DNA of 64,000 bases from Burkholderiales bacterium (GTDB lineage: Bacteria; Pseudomonadota; Gammaproteobacteria; Burkholderiales; SG8-39): NCBI GenBank assembly GCA_035310985.1, contig DATGDH010000072.1:41568-105567 (forward strand), written 5' to 3'. Every line of letters begins with the position of its first letter. Position 1 is the stretch's first letter. Positions 36,406-46,219 of this stretch are shown piece after piece. The notes under the pieces are model-generated. The model was not told where the DNA came from. It did no database searches and was given only the letters and a program-made list of their open reading frames with translations. Made by a program: the position numbers and the translations under genes.

Positions 36406-38774
36406 AGTTTGCCGAGGGCCTTGAGCACGCGCTCGGGAGTGCAGGGCTGCGCCGTGACCCGCGCGCCGAGCGGGGCGAGCGCGTCGTTTATCGCGTTCAT
36501 CACCGCCCCCGGCGCTCCCGCGGTGCCCGCCTCGCCGACGCCCTTCGCCCCGAGCTCCGAGCCTCTAGTGGGCGTCGACACGTGGGCCACCACGATATCC
36601 GGGATCTCCCCCGACATCGGTACCAGGTAGTCGGCCATGTTGCCGTTGAGGAGCTGCCCGTTCTCGTCGTACAGGCAGTGCTCCCAGAGCGCGGCGCCGA
36701 TGCCTTGCACGACGCCGCCGCGGATCTGCTCGTCGACCAGCATCGGGTTGATCACGGTGCCGCAATCCTCCACGCACCAGTGCTTGAGCAGCTTCACGAA
36801 CCCGGTGTCCTGATCGACCTCGACCAGGGAAGCCTGGATGCCGTTGGTGAAGGTAAAGCCGTACTCGCGCGGCGTGTAATGCCGCGTCACGGTGAGCTCG
36901 GACTGGAATTTCATCGGTAGTGTGTCCGGACGGAAGTAGCCCACGCGCCCGACCTCGGCGAGCGACAGCTTCGCCTCGCCGGTCACCTTGCTGACGATCG
37001 CGTTTTCCGCAACGTCCAGCTCCGACTTGTCCACATTCAGCATCGCCGCGGCGACATCGAGAATGTTCGAGCGCAGCGCCTTGCCGGCTTGCAGCACCGC
37101 TTCGCCGCCGATACCCGCCCCGCGCGAGGCCCAGGTGCCGCCGCCGTAGGGCGTGACGCCGGTGTCGCCAGTGATCACGCGCACCTTGTCGAGCGTGACG
37201 CCGACCGCGGTCGCCGCGATCTGCGCGAAGATGCCTTCGGTCCCCTGCCCCTGCTCGGTGACGCTCGCGAGCACCGTGACCATGCCGGTCGGCTCGAGCC
37301 GGATCGTGGCGCCGTCCTGCGCCGAGATGCGCGCGCCGCCCACGCCGTAGAATGCAGGCGACGGATTGGTGACCTCGATCATCGCCGCGAGGCCGATGCC
37401 GCGATAGACACCCTTCTTCCTGAGCGCCTGCTGCTCCGCGCGCAGGCTCTTGTAGTCCATCAGTTCGAGCAGCCGGTCCAGCGTCTTGTGATGCGAGAGC
37501 CGCTCGAACTTGAGGCCCGAGGGAAAAGTGTAGGGATAGGCGTCGTCGGGGATCAGGTTGCGCCGCCTGAACTCGGCCGGGTCCATGCCGAGACGCGCGG
37601 CGGCAAGATCGACGATCGCCTCGGTGAGCGCAACCGCGATCGGATGGCCCACGGCCCGGTACTGGCAGGTAACGTTCTTGTTGGTGAACACCACGTTCAT
37701 CTTCGCCCGGTAGTGCTGGTGCTTGTAGGGCCCACCCGTCAGATTCACCACCTGGTTTCCCTCGATGCCGCTGGTGCGCGGATAGACCGAGTACGGCCCA
37801 ATACCGGTGAGGTCGTCCAGCTCGAAGGCGAGGATATCGCCGTCGCGGCTGACCGCCATGCGCACTTTCGCGCGGTGCTCGCGCGCGTGGATGTCCGTGA
37901 GGAAGGACTCCAGCCGGTCGGCGACGAACTTCACCGGCCGGCGCAGCATCACCGACAGCGCCGCGGTCGCCATCTCGTCCGGGTAGACGTGCACCTTGAT
38001 GCCGTACGAGCCGCCGACGTCCTTGCAGATCACGCGCACGTTCGCCTCGGGAATGCCGAGGTGGCGCGAGAAGATGTCCTGCATCATGTGCGGCGCCTGC
38101 GTTGCGTGGTACACGGTGAGCGAATGCTCCGCTGCGTTGTAGTCGGCGAGGATCGAGCGCGTTTCCATGCACACGCCGGTGTGCCGGCCGAAGTCGTAGG
38201 TCTCCTCGACCACGAGGTCGGCCTTGGCAAACGCCGCGTCGACCTGGCCCGCGTCGAGTTCGCGCCGAAAGCAGATGTTGTCGCCGAGCTCGGGATGGAT
38301 CACCTGATCGCCGCGCAGCGCCGCTTCCATGTCGGTGACCACCGGCAGCTCCTGCCACTCCGCCTCGACGTGCGCGAGCGCGTCCTCGGCCTGCGCGCGC
38401 GTCTCGGCGACGATCGCGGCCATCGCCTCGCCCTGCCAGCACGCGCGCTCGATCGCGATCGCGTGCTGGGGCGGCGACTTGATGCCCTTCAGGTGCGCGA
38501 GCACCGCGACCCAGGGCGTGCAGTACTCGGCGAGCGCGCGACCGTCGACCGCGGCAATCACGCCCGGCAGAGCCCGCGCCTTCGACAGATCGAGGCGCTT
38601 CAAGCGCGCGTGCGCGTAGGGGCTGCGAAAGAACACCGCGTGCGCCAGGCGCGGAAAGCGCAAGTCGTCGACATAGGCGCCCCGTCCCTGCAGCAGGCGC
38701 TTCGCGTTGGCGCGCGGCTCGCTTGCGCCGATGTAACCCGTTTTGACCTCCGGCAGCTTGTCGGGCGCATTCAT
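36402..38774 (-). CDS. xanthine dehydrogenase-family molybdopterin-binding large subunit (CoxL-like, not CO-dehydrogenase type)
   Basis: GRGAYVDDL, a GGSYG-type motif (DVGGSYGIK), CQYRAVGHP, GGTWASR and VGEAG motifs. ATGA overlap with the small subunit. No CSFR CO-dehydrogenase loop seen. Confidence 0.9.
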   Translation of the reverse strand: MNAPDKLPEVKTGYIGASEPRANAKRLLQGRGAYVDDLRFPRLAHAVFFRSPYAHARLKRLDLSKARALPGVIAAVDGRALAEYCTPWVAVLAHLKGIKSPPQHAIAIERACWQGEAMAAIVAETRAQAEDALAHVEAEWQELPVVTDMEAALRGDQVIHPELGDNICFRRELDAGQVDAAFAKADLVVEETYDFGRHTGVCMETRSILADYNAAEHSLTVYHATQAPHMMQDIFSRHLGIPEANVRVICKDVGGSYGIKVHVYPDEMATAALSVMLRRPVKFVADRLESFLTDIHAREHRAKVRMAVSRDGDILAFELDDLTGIGPYSVYPRTSGIEGNQVVNLTGGPYKHQHYRAKMNVVFTNKNVTCQYRAVGHPIAVALTEAIVDLAAARLGMDPAEFRRRNLIPDDAYPYTFPSGLKFERLSHHKTLDRLLELMDYKSLRAEQQALRKKGVYRGIGLAAMIEVTNPSPAFYGVGGARISAQDGATIRLEPTGMVTVLASVTEQGQGTEGIFAQIAATAVGVTLDKVRVITGDTGVTPYGGGTWASRGAGIGGEAVLQAGKALRSNILDVAAAMLNVDKSELDVAENAIVSKVTGEAKLSLAEVGRVGYFRPDTLPMKFQSELTVTRHYTPREYGFTFTNGIQASLVEVDQDTGFVKLLKHWCVEDCGTVINPMLVDEQIRGGVVQGIGAALWEHCLYDENGQLLNGNMADYLVPMSGEIPDIVVAHVSTPTRGSELGAKGVGEAGTAGAPGAVMNAINDALAPLGARVTAQPCTPERVLKALGKL

Positions 38775-39271
38775 CGCCGGACCCCCTCGCGTCGCGCTTC
38801 GAGCACTGCCTCGATCGCGTCGACGATCGACTGGTATCCGGTGCAACGGCAGTAATTGCCCGACAGGTGGGCGCGGATTTGCTCGCGCGTTGCGTCGGGA
38901 TGGCTGTTGGCCAGGTCGAGCGCCGCAATGAGCATTCCCGGCGTGCAGAAACCGCACTGCAGGGCGTTCCGCTCGTGAAACGCGGATTGCAGCGCGGCGA
39001 GCTCCCCCGAGTCGGACAGCCCTTCGATCGTGTCGACCCTGCGGCCGTTCGCCTGCACCGCGAGCATCAGACAGCCGCGCACGATCTCGCCGTCGACCCG
39101 CACCGTGCAGGCGCCGCACACGCCGTGCTCGCAGCCGACGTGCGAGCCGGTGAGTCCTATCTCCTCGCGCAGGAAGTCGACCAGATGTTGGCGCGCTGGG
39201 ATGCGGCGCGTAACCGGCTTGCCGTTCAGCACGATCGTGGTATCCAGCTCGGTATCAGGCAATCGGCTCAT
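38771..39271 (-). CDS. (2Fe-2S)-binding small subunit of molybdenum hydroxylase
   Basis: CEHGVCGACTV and CGFCTPG... NYCRCTGY Cys clusters. Confidence 0.9.
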   Translation of the reverse strand: MSRLPDTELDTTIVLNGKPVTRRIPARQHLVDFLREEIGLTGSHVGCEHGVCGACTVRVDGEIVRGCLMLAVQANGRRVDTIEGLSDSGELAALQSAFHERNALQCGFCTPGMLIAALDLANSHPDATREQIRAHLSGNYCRCTGYQSIVDAIEAVLEARREGVRR

Positions 39272-40122
39272 TGCGCGAGCTCCGCCAGGGCGCGGCCGGT
39301 GAGCACGCGCGCGAGATGCACCTTCGCCGCCGCCGAGTGGTACAGATCGGGCGACGGATCGAGGTCCTCGCCTAGCGCCGCCTGCACCGCCGCGACGGTT
39401 TGCGCGTCGAGCGCCTTGCCCTCCCCGGCCGCAGCCGCGCGCCTGGCGCGCACCGCCGTCGCCCCGACGCCGAAGTACGCGAGCCTCAGATCGGACAGCC
39501 TGCCGCGTTCCGCCCGCGCCTGTGCGGCGACGCCGACGATGGCGTAATCGCCATGCCGGCGCGCGAGCTCGAGGAACGCCGAGCGATAGCCGGGCTTGGC
39601 GAACGGGAACTCGGCCGCCACGAGCAACTCGTGCGGCTCGAGCGCGGTGCTGTACAGGCCCTTGAAGAAGTCGCGCGCCGCGACGCGCCGCTCACCGCCC
39701 GCATGGGCGATGATCAGCGTCGCGTCGAGCGCGAGCGCGCAGGCGGGATATTCCGCGGCAGGATCGGCGAGGGCGAGCGAGCCGCCGAGCGTCCCCACGT
39801 TGCGGATCGCGACGTGCGCGATATGCGGCACGGCCTGCGCGAGCAAGGGAACGTGGCGCGCCACCTCGGCCGAGCGCTCGATGTCGCGGTGGCGCGCGAG
39901 CGCGCCGATGCGTAGCACGTCTCCCTGCAGGCGGATGCCGGAGAGCTCCGCAAGGCCGTTGATGTCGACGAGCAGCTCGGGCGAGGAGAGCCGCATGTTT
40001 AGCGATGGGATCAGGCTCTGTCCGCCGGCGAGCACGCGCGCGGCGTCGCGGTGCGTGCCGAGCAGCGCGAGCGCCTCGCCGAGCGACTGCGGGCGCGCGT
40101 ACGCGAACGACGACGCTTTCAT
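39268..40122 (-). CDS. FAD-binding medium subunit of molybdenum hydroxylase (CoxM-like)
   Basis: FAYARPQSLGEALALL, LAGGQSLIP and IRNVGTLGGSLA motifs. GGAGGAGG RBS before ATG 40122. Confidence 0.85.
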   Translation of the reverse strand: MKASSFAYARPQSLGEALALLGTHRDAARVLAGGQSLIPSLNMRLSSPELLVDINGLAELSGIRLQGDVLRIGALARHRDIERSAEVARHVPLLAQAVPHIAHVAIRNVGTLGGSLALADPAAEYPACALALDATLIIAHAGGERRVAARDFFKGLYSTALEPHELLVAAEFPFAKPGYRSAFLELARRHGDYAIVGVAAQARAERGRLSDLRLAYFGVGATAVRARRAAAAGEGKALDAQTVAAVQAALGEDLDPSPDLYHSAAAKVHLARVLTGRALAELAQ

Positions 40123-40151
40123 TCCTGACCCCTCCTCCAAGGCGTCAGACC

Positions 40152-40157
40152 ATTATA
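40152..40157 (-). promoter_or_regulatory. TATAAT hexamer (minus strand) inside the recX 3' end, 30 nt upstream of the coxM-like ATG
   Basis: Minus strand reads GTTATAATGGTCTGACGCCTTGGAGGAGGGGTCAGGAATG. A candidate -10 for the Mo-hydroxylase operon. No convincing -35. Confidence 0.3.
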
Positions 40158-40565
40158 ACGAGACGGCGGATGACCTCGAGGGAAAAGCCGCGGCTCTGCA
40201 GGAAGCGCGCGCGGCGGGCGCGCTCCTCGGGCGTGTCCGCCGGTGCCCGGTACTTGCGCGCGAGGATCTCACGCGCTCGCTCGAGCTCGCCCGCGCGCGC
40301 GCCTGCCACGAAGGTCTCGGCGGTGTCCTCGGCGACGCCCTGCGCGCGCAGATCCTGTACGATGCGCGCCGCGCCGTACTTGCGCGCAAGCTGGTGCGCA
40401 CGCGCTTCGGCATAGCGCTCGTCAGAGAGCTGCTTTTTCCGCTCCAGCTCGTCCAACAGCCGCTCGAGAGCTTCGCGCGACTCGGCGTGCGGCGCGAGCT
40501 TGCGCGCGAGCTCCGCGCGCGAATGCTCGCGCCGCGCGAGCTGGCGCAGCGCGCGCTGCCTGAGC

Positions 40566-41627
<1,062 letters not shown>

Positions 41628-41709
41628 ATCCTGTACCTCTTTTTGTGCAAGGTCGGCATCTACGGCGGTCGCGCCCCGACTGGAGCCGGTCCCGGGCCAA
41701 CACCGGATA

Positions 41710-41725
41710 CTGTATAAACGTCCAT
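41710..41725. promoter_or_regulatory. degenerate LexA (SOS) box candidate
   Basis: TACTGTATAAACGTCCATGC has a perfect left half (TACTGTAT) but the right half is CCAT instead of ACAG. It lies immediately downstream of the recA -10. Confidence 0.3.
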
Positions 41726-41727
41726 GC

Positions 41728-41755
41728 ATTGTACGGGTTGACGCAGGCGTGTCAA
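41728..41755 (-). promoter_or_regulatory. candidate recA sigma70 promoter
   Basis: Minus strand TTGACA (41755..41750), 16 nt, TACAAT (41733..41728), about 100 nt upstream of the recA ATG. Confidence 0.5.
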
Positions 41756-41802
41756 TCCGCCGCGCGTATGATCCGGTTTTTCCCAACGCAGACAAGGCCT
41801 TG

Positions 41803-42381
41803 ATGGAGATCCGGGAGCTGCACCTGTTCGTCCAGGAGATCGCGCATCACGCCGGCCGCGCAGTGTCTCCGCCCGCCGTGCGCGCCGTGAGCTGCGCCGT
41901 GCTCGCCAACCCGCTCGCCGGGAAGCCGGCGGGCGACGATTTCGCGCAGTTCGTCGAGGCCTCGGTGCAGGTGGGCGAGATCCTGACGCAGCGCGCGCTC
42001 GCCGCGCTCGGATCCCGCGTCCCGACTGCGTACGGCAAAGGCGTCCTCGTCGGCGCCGCTGGGGACCTCGAGCAGGGGGCAGCGATGATCCATTGCCGCA
42101 TCGGCCTCGCCATGCGCACCGCGATCAAGGCCGGCCGCGCGCTGATTCCTGGCAATGCGAAGCTCGCCGCGCCCGGCGCGACGCTCGACATCGTGCTCGG
42201 AGGCATCGACGACGGGTGGGACTACGATGCGATGGACACCGCCGAGATCCGCGTGCCGGGCGCGCCGGGCGCCGACGAGTTCGTGCTCGCCGTAGCGTTC
42301 GCCACGGGCAGGCCGAACGCACGCATCGCGGGCGCGCCCGAGAGCGCGGTGCAGGATCTCGTCAGGAAGCTCAGGGGTTAG
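41803..42381 (+). CDS. amino acid synthesis family protein (DUF1185-like, function unknown)
   Basis: MEIRELH...NPLAGK...[20 protein letters not shown]...[14 protein letters not shown] resembles that family. The track start 41527 lies inside recA and its promoter. Confidence 0.7.
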   Translation: MEIRELHLFVQEIAHHAGRAVSPPAVRAVSCAVLANPLAGKPAGDDFAQFVEASVQVGEILTQRALAALGSRVPTAYGKGVLVGAAGDLEQGAAMIHCRIGLAMRTAIKAGRALIPGNAKLAAPGATLDIVLGGIDDGWDYDAMDTAEIRVPGAPGADEFVLAVAFATGRPNARIAGAPESAVQDLVRKLRG

Positions 42382-42424
42382 AATCGGTCCCTTCCCTGTT
42401 CGACCATTCCATGGAGAAAAAAAG

Positions 42425-43300
42425 ATGGCCAAGCTCGCATTTCTCGGCCTGGGCGTGATGGGCTACCCGATGGCCGGCCACCTGCTCAAGAAAGGCGGCC
42501 ACGACGTCACGGTGTACAACCGCACCCCAGCGAAGGCAGCGCAATGGGCAAAGGAATACGGCGGCAAGAGCGCGCCGACGCCGCGCGAGGCCGCCAAGGA
42601 CTGCGATCTGGTGATGATGTGCGTCGGCAATGACGACGACATTCGTTCGGTGGTGTACGGCGCGGACGGTGCGCTCGCCGGCATTAAGAAGGGCGCCATC
42701 CTGGTCGATCACACCACCGCATCGGCAATCATCGCGCGCGAGCTCGAGGCCAAGTGCAGGGAAAAGGGCGTTGGCTTCGTCGACGCCCCGGTCTCGGGCG
42801 GCCAGGCGGGCGCGCAGAACGGCCAGCTCGGCATCATGTGCGGCGGCGACGAGGCGACCTTCGCGAAGGCCAAGCCCGTGCTCGACCTGTACGCCAAGAT
42901 GTGCGCGCTGATCGGCCCCGCCGGCTCTGGCCAGCTCACCAAGATGGTCAACCAGATCGCCATCGCCGGACTGCTGCAGGGGCTCTCCGAAGCGCTCAAC
43001 TTCGCCAAGCGCGCCGGGCTGGACGTCGAGAAGGTGATCGGCGTCATCTCCAAGGGCGCGGCGCAATCCTGGCAGTTGGAGAACCGCTGGAAGGCGATGA
43101 CCGAGGTCAAGTTCGACGGGTTCGGTTTCGCCGTCGACTGGATGAGGAAGGACCTCGGCATCTGCCTCGAGGAAGCGAAGAAGAACGGCGCGCGGCTGCC
43201 GGCCACGGCGCTGATCGACCAGTTCTACGCGCAGGTGCAGGCGCGCGGCGGCAAGCGCTGGGACACTTCCTCGCTCATGAATCTGCTCGCGAAGGACTGA
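42425..43300 (+). CDS. NAD(P)-dependent 3-hydroxyisobutyrate/2-hydroxy-3-oxopropionate reductase-family oxidoreductase
   Basis: LAFLGLGVMGYPMAGHL, VDAPVSGG and GSGQLTKMVNQI motifs. Confidence 0.85.
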   Translation: MAKLAFLGLGVMGYPMAGHLLKKGGHDVTVYNRTPAKAAQWAKEYGGKSAPTPREAAKDCDLVMMCVGNDDDIRSVVYGADGALAGIKKGAILVDHTTASAIIARELEAKCREKGVGFVDAPVSGGQAGAQNGQLGIMCGGDEATFAKAKPVLDLYAKMCALIGPAGSGQLTKMVNQIAIAGLLQGLSEALNFAKRAGLDVEKVIGVISKGAAQSWQLENRWKAMTEVKFDGFGFAVDWMRKDLGICLEEAKKNGARLPATALIDQFYAQVQARGGKRWDTSSLMNLLAKD

Positions 43301-43304
43301 GCCG

Positions 43305-44537
43305 CTACTCCCCGCGCTGCAGCTTCCAGGTGGCCAGCGGGCCGAGCAGCGCGCCCAGTCCGAGCGTCGACCAGGCGATCCCCCACGCGAAGGCCTCGGC
43401 CGAGCCGCGCCCGCCGCCCGCCAGGTCTAGCGCCCAGCCGAACGTCACCGGGCTTACCACGCCGGCGCCGAAGCCGATCGCCGAGCGCACCGAGAAGGCG
43501 ACGCCGACTTGGTGCGGCGGCACGCTCTCGGCGAGCAGCGTCGAATGGGTCGAGGAATCGGCGATCGCCGAGAAGTTGTAGGCGCAGGCGAGCACCACCA
43601 GCAGCGCCGCGGGCACGTTGACCAGCCAGCCGATTGAGAAAGAGAGGACGAGGCTCACGCACGACCACAACAAGATGGTCTGCGTGCGCCCCCAGCGATC
43701 GGCCATGGTGCCGCCGAGCACGCTGCCGCCGATATTGGCGAGGTAGGTCACCGCGCCGAGCGCGAGCGCGGCGGTGGCGGCCGCCTGCGGCCCCTCTCCG
43801 CCTGCGGTGAGTGCCGCGGTGAGAAAGGCCGGCAGCCACGCCCACAGGCCGAGCAGCTCCCAGTTGTGGCAGGTGTAGCCGAGGATCGAGAGCATGCCGC
43901 GTCGGTTCGCGAGCACCGCCGGCAGCGCGGCGAGGGCGCCCTCGCCCGCGGGCCGGGGATGCACGACGTTCGGCGTTCCCCGCATCGACACGAGCGCGAG
44001 CAGCCAGGAGGCGAGCGGCAGCGCCGCGACTGCGCCGAGCGCGGCGCGCCAGCCGGCGAAGCCGAGCACCAGCCCCGACAGACCCAGGCACAGCGCGTAG
44101 CCCGCGCTCGAGGCGCCGATCACGAAGCCCATCGCACGCCCGCGCCGCGCGCGCTCGACGTGCTCGTTCACGAGGCCGAGCGCCGGCGTGTAGGTCCCGC
44201 CCTGCGCGAGCCCGGTCGCCAGGTGCAACCAGTACGCGGACCAGAAACCGTGCGCGAAAAGAACGAATACGATCGGCGCCACCCACGCCGCCGCTCCGGT
44301 CAGCAGGTAGGCGCGCCGGGCGCCGAAGTGGTCGGCGATGAAGCCGACGACGAACAGCGACACGAGGTAGCCGAGGTGGAACGCGGACTGGATCAGTCCC
44401 GCTTCCCGCGCCGATAGGCCCCAGGCCTGCTGGGTGAGCGGCAGCACCGCCGAATAAGCGACGAACCAGGTCGCAGCGAACATCCGGCTCGCGCAAATCG
44501 CCGCGAGCCATCCTCCCGATCCGGGCCGTAAGGCCAA
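43305..44537 (-). CDS. MFS transporter
   Basis: 12-TM pattern with an ADHFGARR loop motif. TTG 44537 preceded by AAGGAG. Confidence 0.85.
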   Translation of the reverse strand: MALRPGSGGWLAAICASRMFAATWFVAYSAVLPLTQQAWGLSAREAGLIQSAFHLGYLVSLFVVGFIADHFGARRAYLLTGAAAWVAPIVFVLFAHGFWSAYWLHLATGLAQGGTYTPALGLVNEHVERARRGRAMGFVIGASSAGYALCLGLSGLVLGFAGWRAALGAVAALPLASWLLALVSMRGTPNVVHPRPAGEGALAALPAVLANRRGMLSILGYTCHNWELLGLWAWLPAFLTAALTAGGEGPQAAATAALALGAVTYLANIGGSVLGGTMADRWGRTQTILLWSCVSLVLSFSIGWLVNVPAALLVVLACAYNFSAIADSSTHSTLLAESVPPHQVGVAFSVRSAIGFGAGVVSPVTFGWALDLAGGGRGSAEAFAWGIAWSTLGLGALLGPLATWKLQRGE

Positions 44538-44720
44538 TTCCCGTGCTCCTTTCTTCTTGCTATTCCGCGCGAGCGGACTGCGAAGCCTTGATGATAGCCA
44601 GGTTGCCTAGGGCTCTCGGGCGGCGCACAAGGGCCTGTTTCTCTGGAATGTGCATACGTCACTTTTTTTCTACGCCTTGCTTCGCTGAGTTACGGGCGTC
44701 CGATCTCTACATTGTCAATC

Positions 44721-44741
44721 GCCGGCGCGCGTCGCGCCGGC
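44721..44741. repeat. GC-rich inverted repeat GCCGGCGCG-CGT-CGCGCCGGC
   Basis: Perfect 9-bp arms with a 3-nt loop, 25 nt upstream of ATG 44766, at the edge of an AT-richer divergent intergenic region. Confidence 0.5.
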
Positions 44742-44765
44742 ACGACGAACCGATAGGAGCCGACC

Positions 44766-45104
44766 ATGAGCTTCACCTCAAAGTGTCTCGTCGTCGCGCC
44801 GGTGTGCGCGGCGCTCTCCATGGCAGCCGGATACGCCCGAGCGGAGGATCCGGCACTGGATCACAACGCTAGATCGCAGGTCGAGAGCCTCGTGACCGGG
44901 AGCATGGGAATCAAGGAAGCGAAAGGGGCCGTCGCGCACCTGACCGCCGCCAGGACGTCGACGCGGCCAGAAGACGGGTTGTCGGCGGATCGCGCGAAGG
45001 CGCCAGCCTCCACGCGGGCGCTGACGGACCCGGAATTGCCCGTGGCCCCGCTCGACAACTACCGGCTCGAGCTCAACAACTGCTGCGGACCCGAGGAAGA
45101 CTGA
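44766..45104 (+). CDS. small secreted hypothetical protein (C-terminal NNCCGPEED)
   Basis: GGAG lies 8 nt before the ATG. Signal peptide (VCAALSMAAGYARA/ED). No family recognised. Confidence 0.45.
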   Translation: MSFTSKCLVVAPVCAALSMAAGYARAEDPALDHNARSQVESLVTGSMGIKEAKGAVAHLTAARTSTRPEDGLSADRAKAPASTRALTDPELPVAPLDNYRLELNNCCGPEED

Positions 45105-45129
45105 TCTAGGTAGTTCCGCCTGAGCGGCG

Positions 45130-46218
45130 TCACGCCGCCATCGTCGCCAGCCGCACCGGGATGCGCCGCGGGCCGAAGGGCTTGCCGTATTTCTGGTAGC
45201 GGCCGGCGACCTGCGCGCCGCAATGCACGCAGCCGCCGGACTCGGTCAAGTGGTAGGCGCGGATGTCGTACCAGTCGCGCACGATGACCGCTTCGCCGCA
45301 CGACGGGCAGTAGGTCGTACCGCCCTCCTCGTCGTGCACGTTTCCCGTGTAGACGTAGCGCAGCCCTTCGCGCAGGGCGATATCGCGCGCGCGTCGGAGC
45401 GTCGCGGGCGGCGTCGCCGGCACGTCGCGCATCTTCCAGTCCGGATGGAAGGCGGTGAAGTGCAGCGGCACGTCAAGCCCGAGGTTCCGGGCGATCCACT
45501 TGCACTCGGCCTCGAGCTCGGCGTCGGAATCGTTCTTGCCCGGGATGAGCAGCGTCGTGATCTCGGTCCACACGTCGGTCTCCTTGGCGAGGTAGACGAG
45601 CGTGTCGAGTACTGGCTGCAGGTGCGCCCCGGTGAGCTTGAAGTAGAAGTCGTCGGTGAACGCCTTCAGGTCGACGTTCGCGGCGTCCATTTTGGCGTAG
45701 AACTCGCGCCGCGCTTCGGCGCGCATGTAGCCGGCGGTGACCGCGACGGTCTTCACGCCCTTCGCGTGGCAGGCGTCCGCGACATCCATTGCGTACTCGG
45801 CGAAGATTGCCGGATCGTTGTAGGTGAAGGCCACGCTCTTGCAGCCTAGGCGCAGCGCGGCGCCGGCGATCGTCTCGGGCGTCGCCTCGTCCATCAGCCG
45901 GTCCATCTCGCGCGATTTGGAGATGTCCCAGTTCTGGCAGAACTTGCACGCCAGGTTGCAGCCCGCGGTGCCGAAGGAGAGCACGCTCGAGCCGGGGTAG
46001 AACTGGTTGAGCGGCTTCTTCTCGATCGGGTCGACGCAGAAGCCCGACGAGCGCCCGTAGGTGGTGAGCACCATCTTGCTGTCCTGCATTTTCCTCACGA
46101 AGCACGCGCCGCGCTGGCCCTCGTGCAACTTGCAGTCGCGCGGGCACAGGTCGCACTGGATGCGGCCGTCCTCGAGCGCGTGCCACCAGCGCCCGGGATG
46201 CTTCGATTCCGAGATCAT
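45130..46218 (-). CDS. AmmeMemoRadiSam system radical SAM enzyme
   Basis: CNLACKFCQNW (CxxxCxxC), N-terminal CDLCPRDC cluster, C-terminal CPSCG...CVHCG, and a PFL-activase-like body. Immediately downstream of the Memo/AMMECR1 gene. Confidence 0.9.
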   Translation of the reverse strand: MISESKHPGRWWHALEDGRIQCDLCPRDCKLHEGQRGACFVRKMQDSKMVLTTYGRSSGFCVDPIEKKPLNQFYPGSSVLSFGTAGCNLACKFCQNWDISKSREMDRLMDEATPETIAGAALRLGCKSVAFTYNDPAIFAEYAMDVADACHAKGVKTVAVTAGYMRAEARREFYAKMDAANVDLKAFTDDFYFKLTGAHLQPVLDTLVYLAKETDVWTEITTLLIPGKNDSDAELEAECKWIARNLGLDVPLHFTAFHPDWKMRDVPATPPATLRRARDIALREGLRYVYTGNVHDEEGGTTYCPSCGEAVIVRDWYDIRAYHLTESGGCVHCGAQVAGRYQKYGKPFGPRRIPVRLATMAA

Positions 46219-46219
46219 G

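Noticed and set aside
41738-41772. Plus-strand promoter TTGACG ... TATGAT for the DUF1185-like gene.
   Set aside because: The spacer is 23 nt, too long for a sigma70 promoter. The TTGACA/TACAAT pair on the opposite strand, serving recA, fits far better.
44538-44660. Possible riboswitch in the MFS transporter 5' UTR (the CCGAGAG and CCCUAGG pieces recall ykkC/guanidine-I).
   Set aside because: The pieces are in the wrong order and spacing for the ykkC fold, and the rest of the consensus (the ACGR and GGGA segments) is missing.
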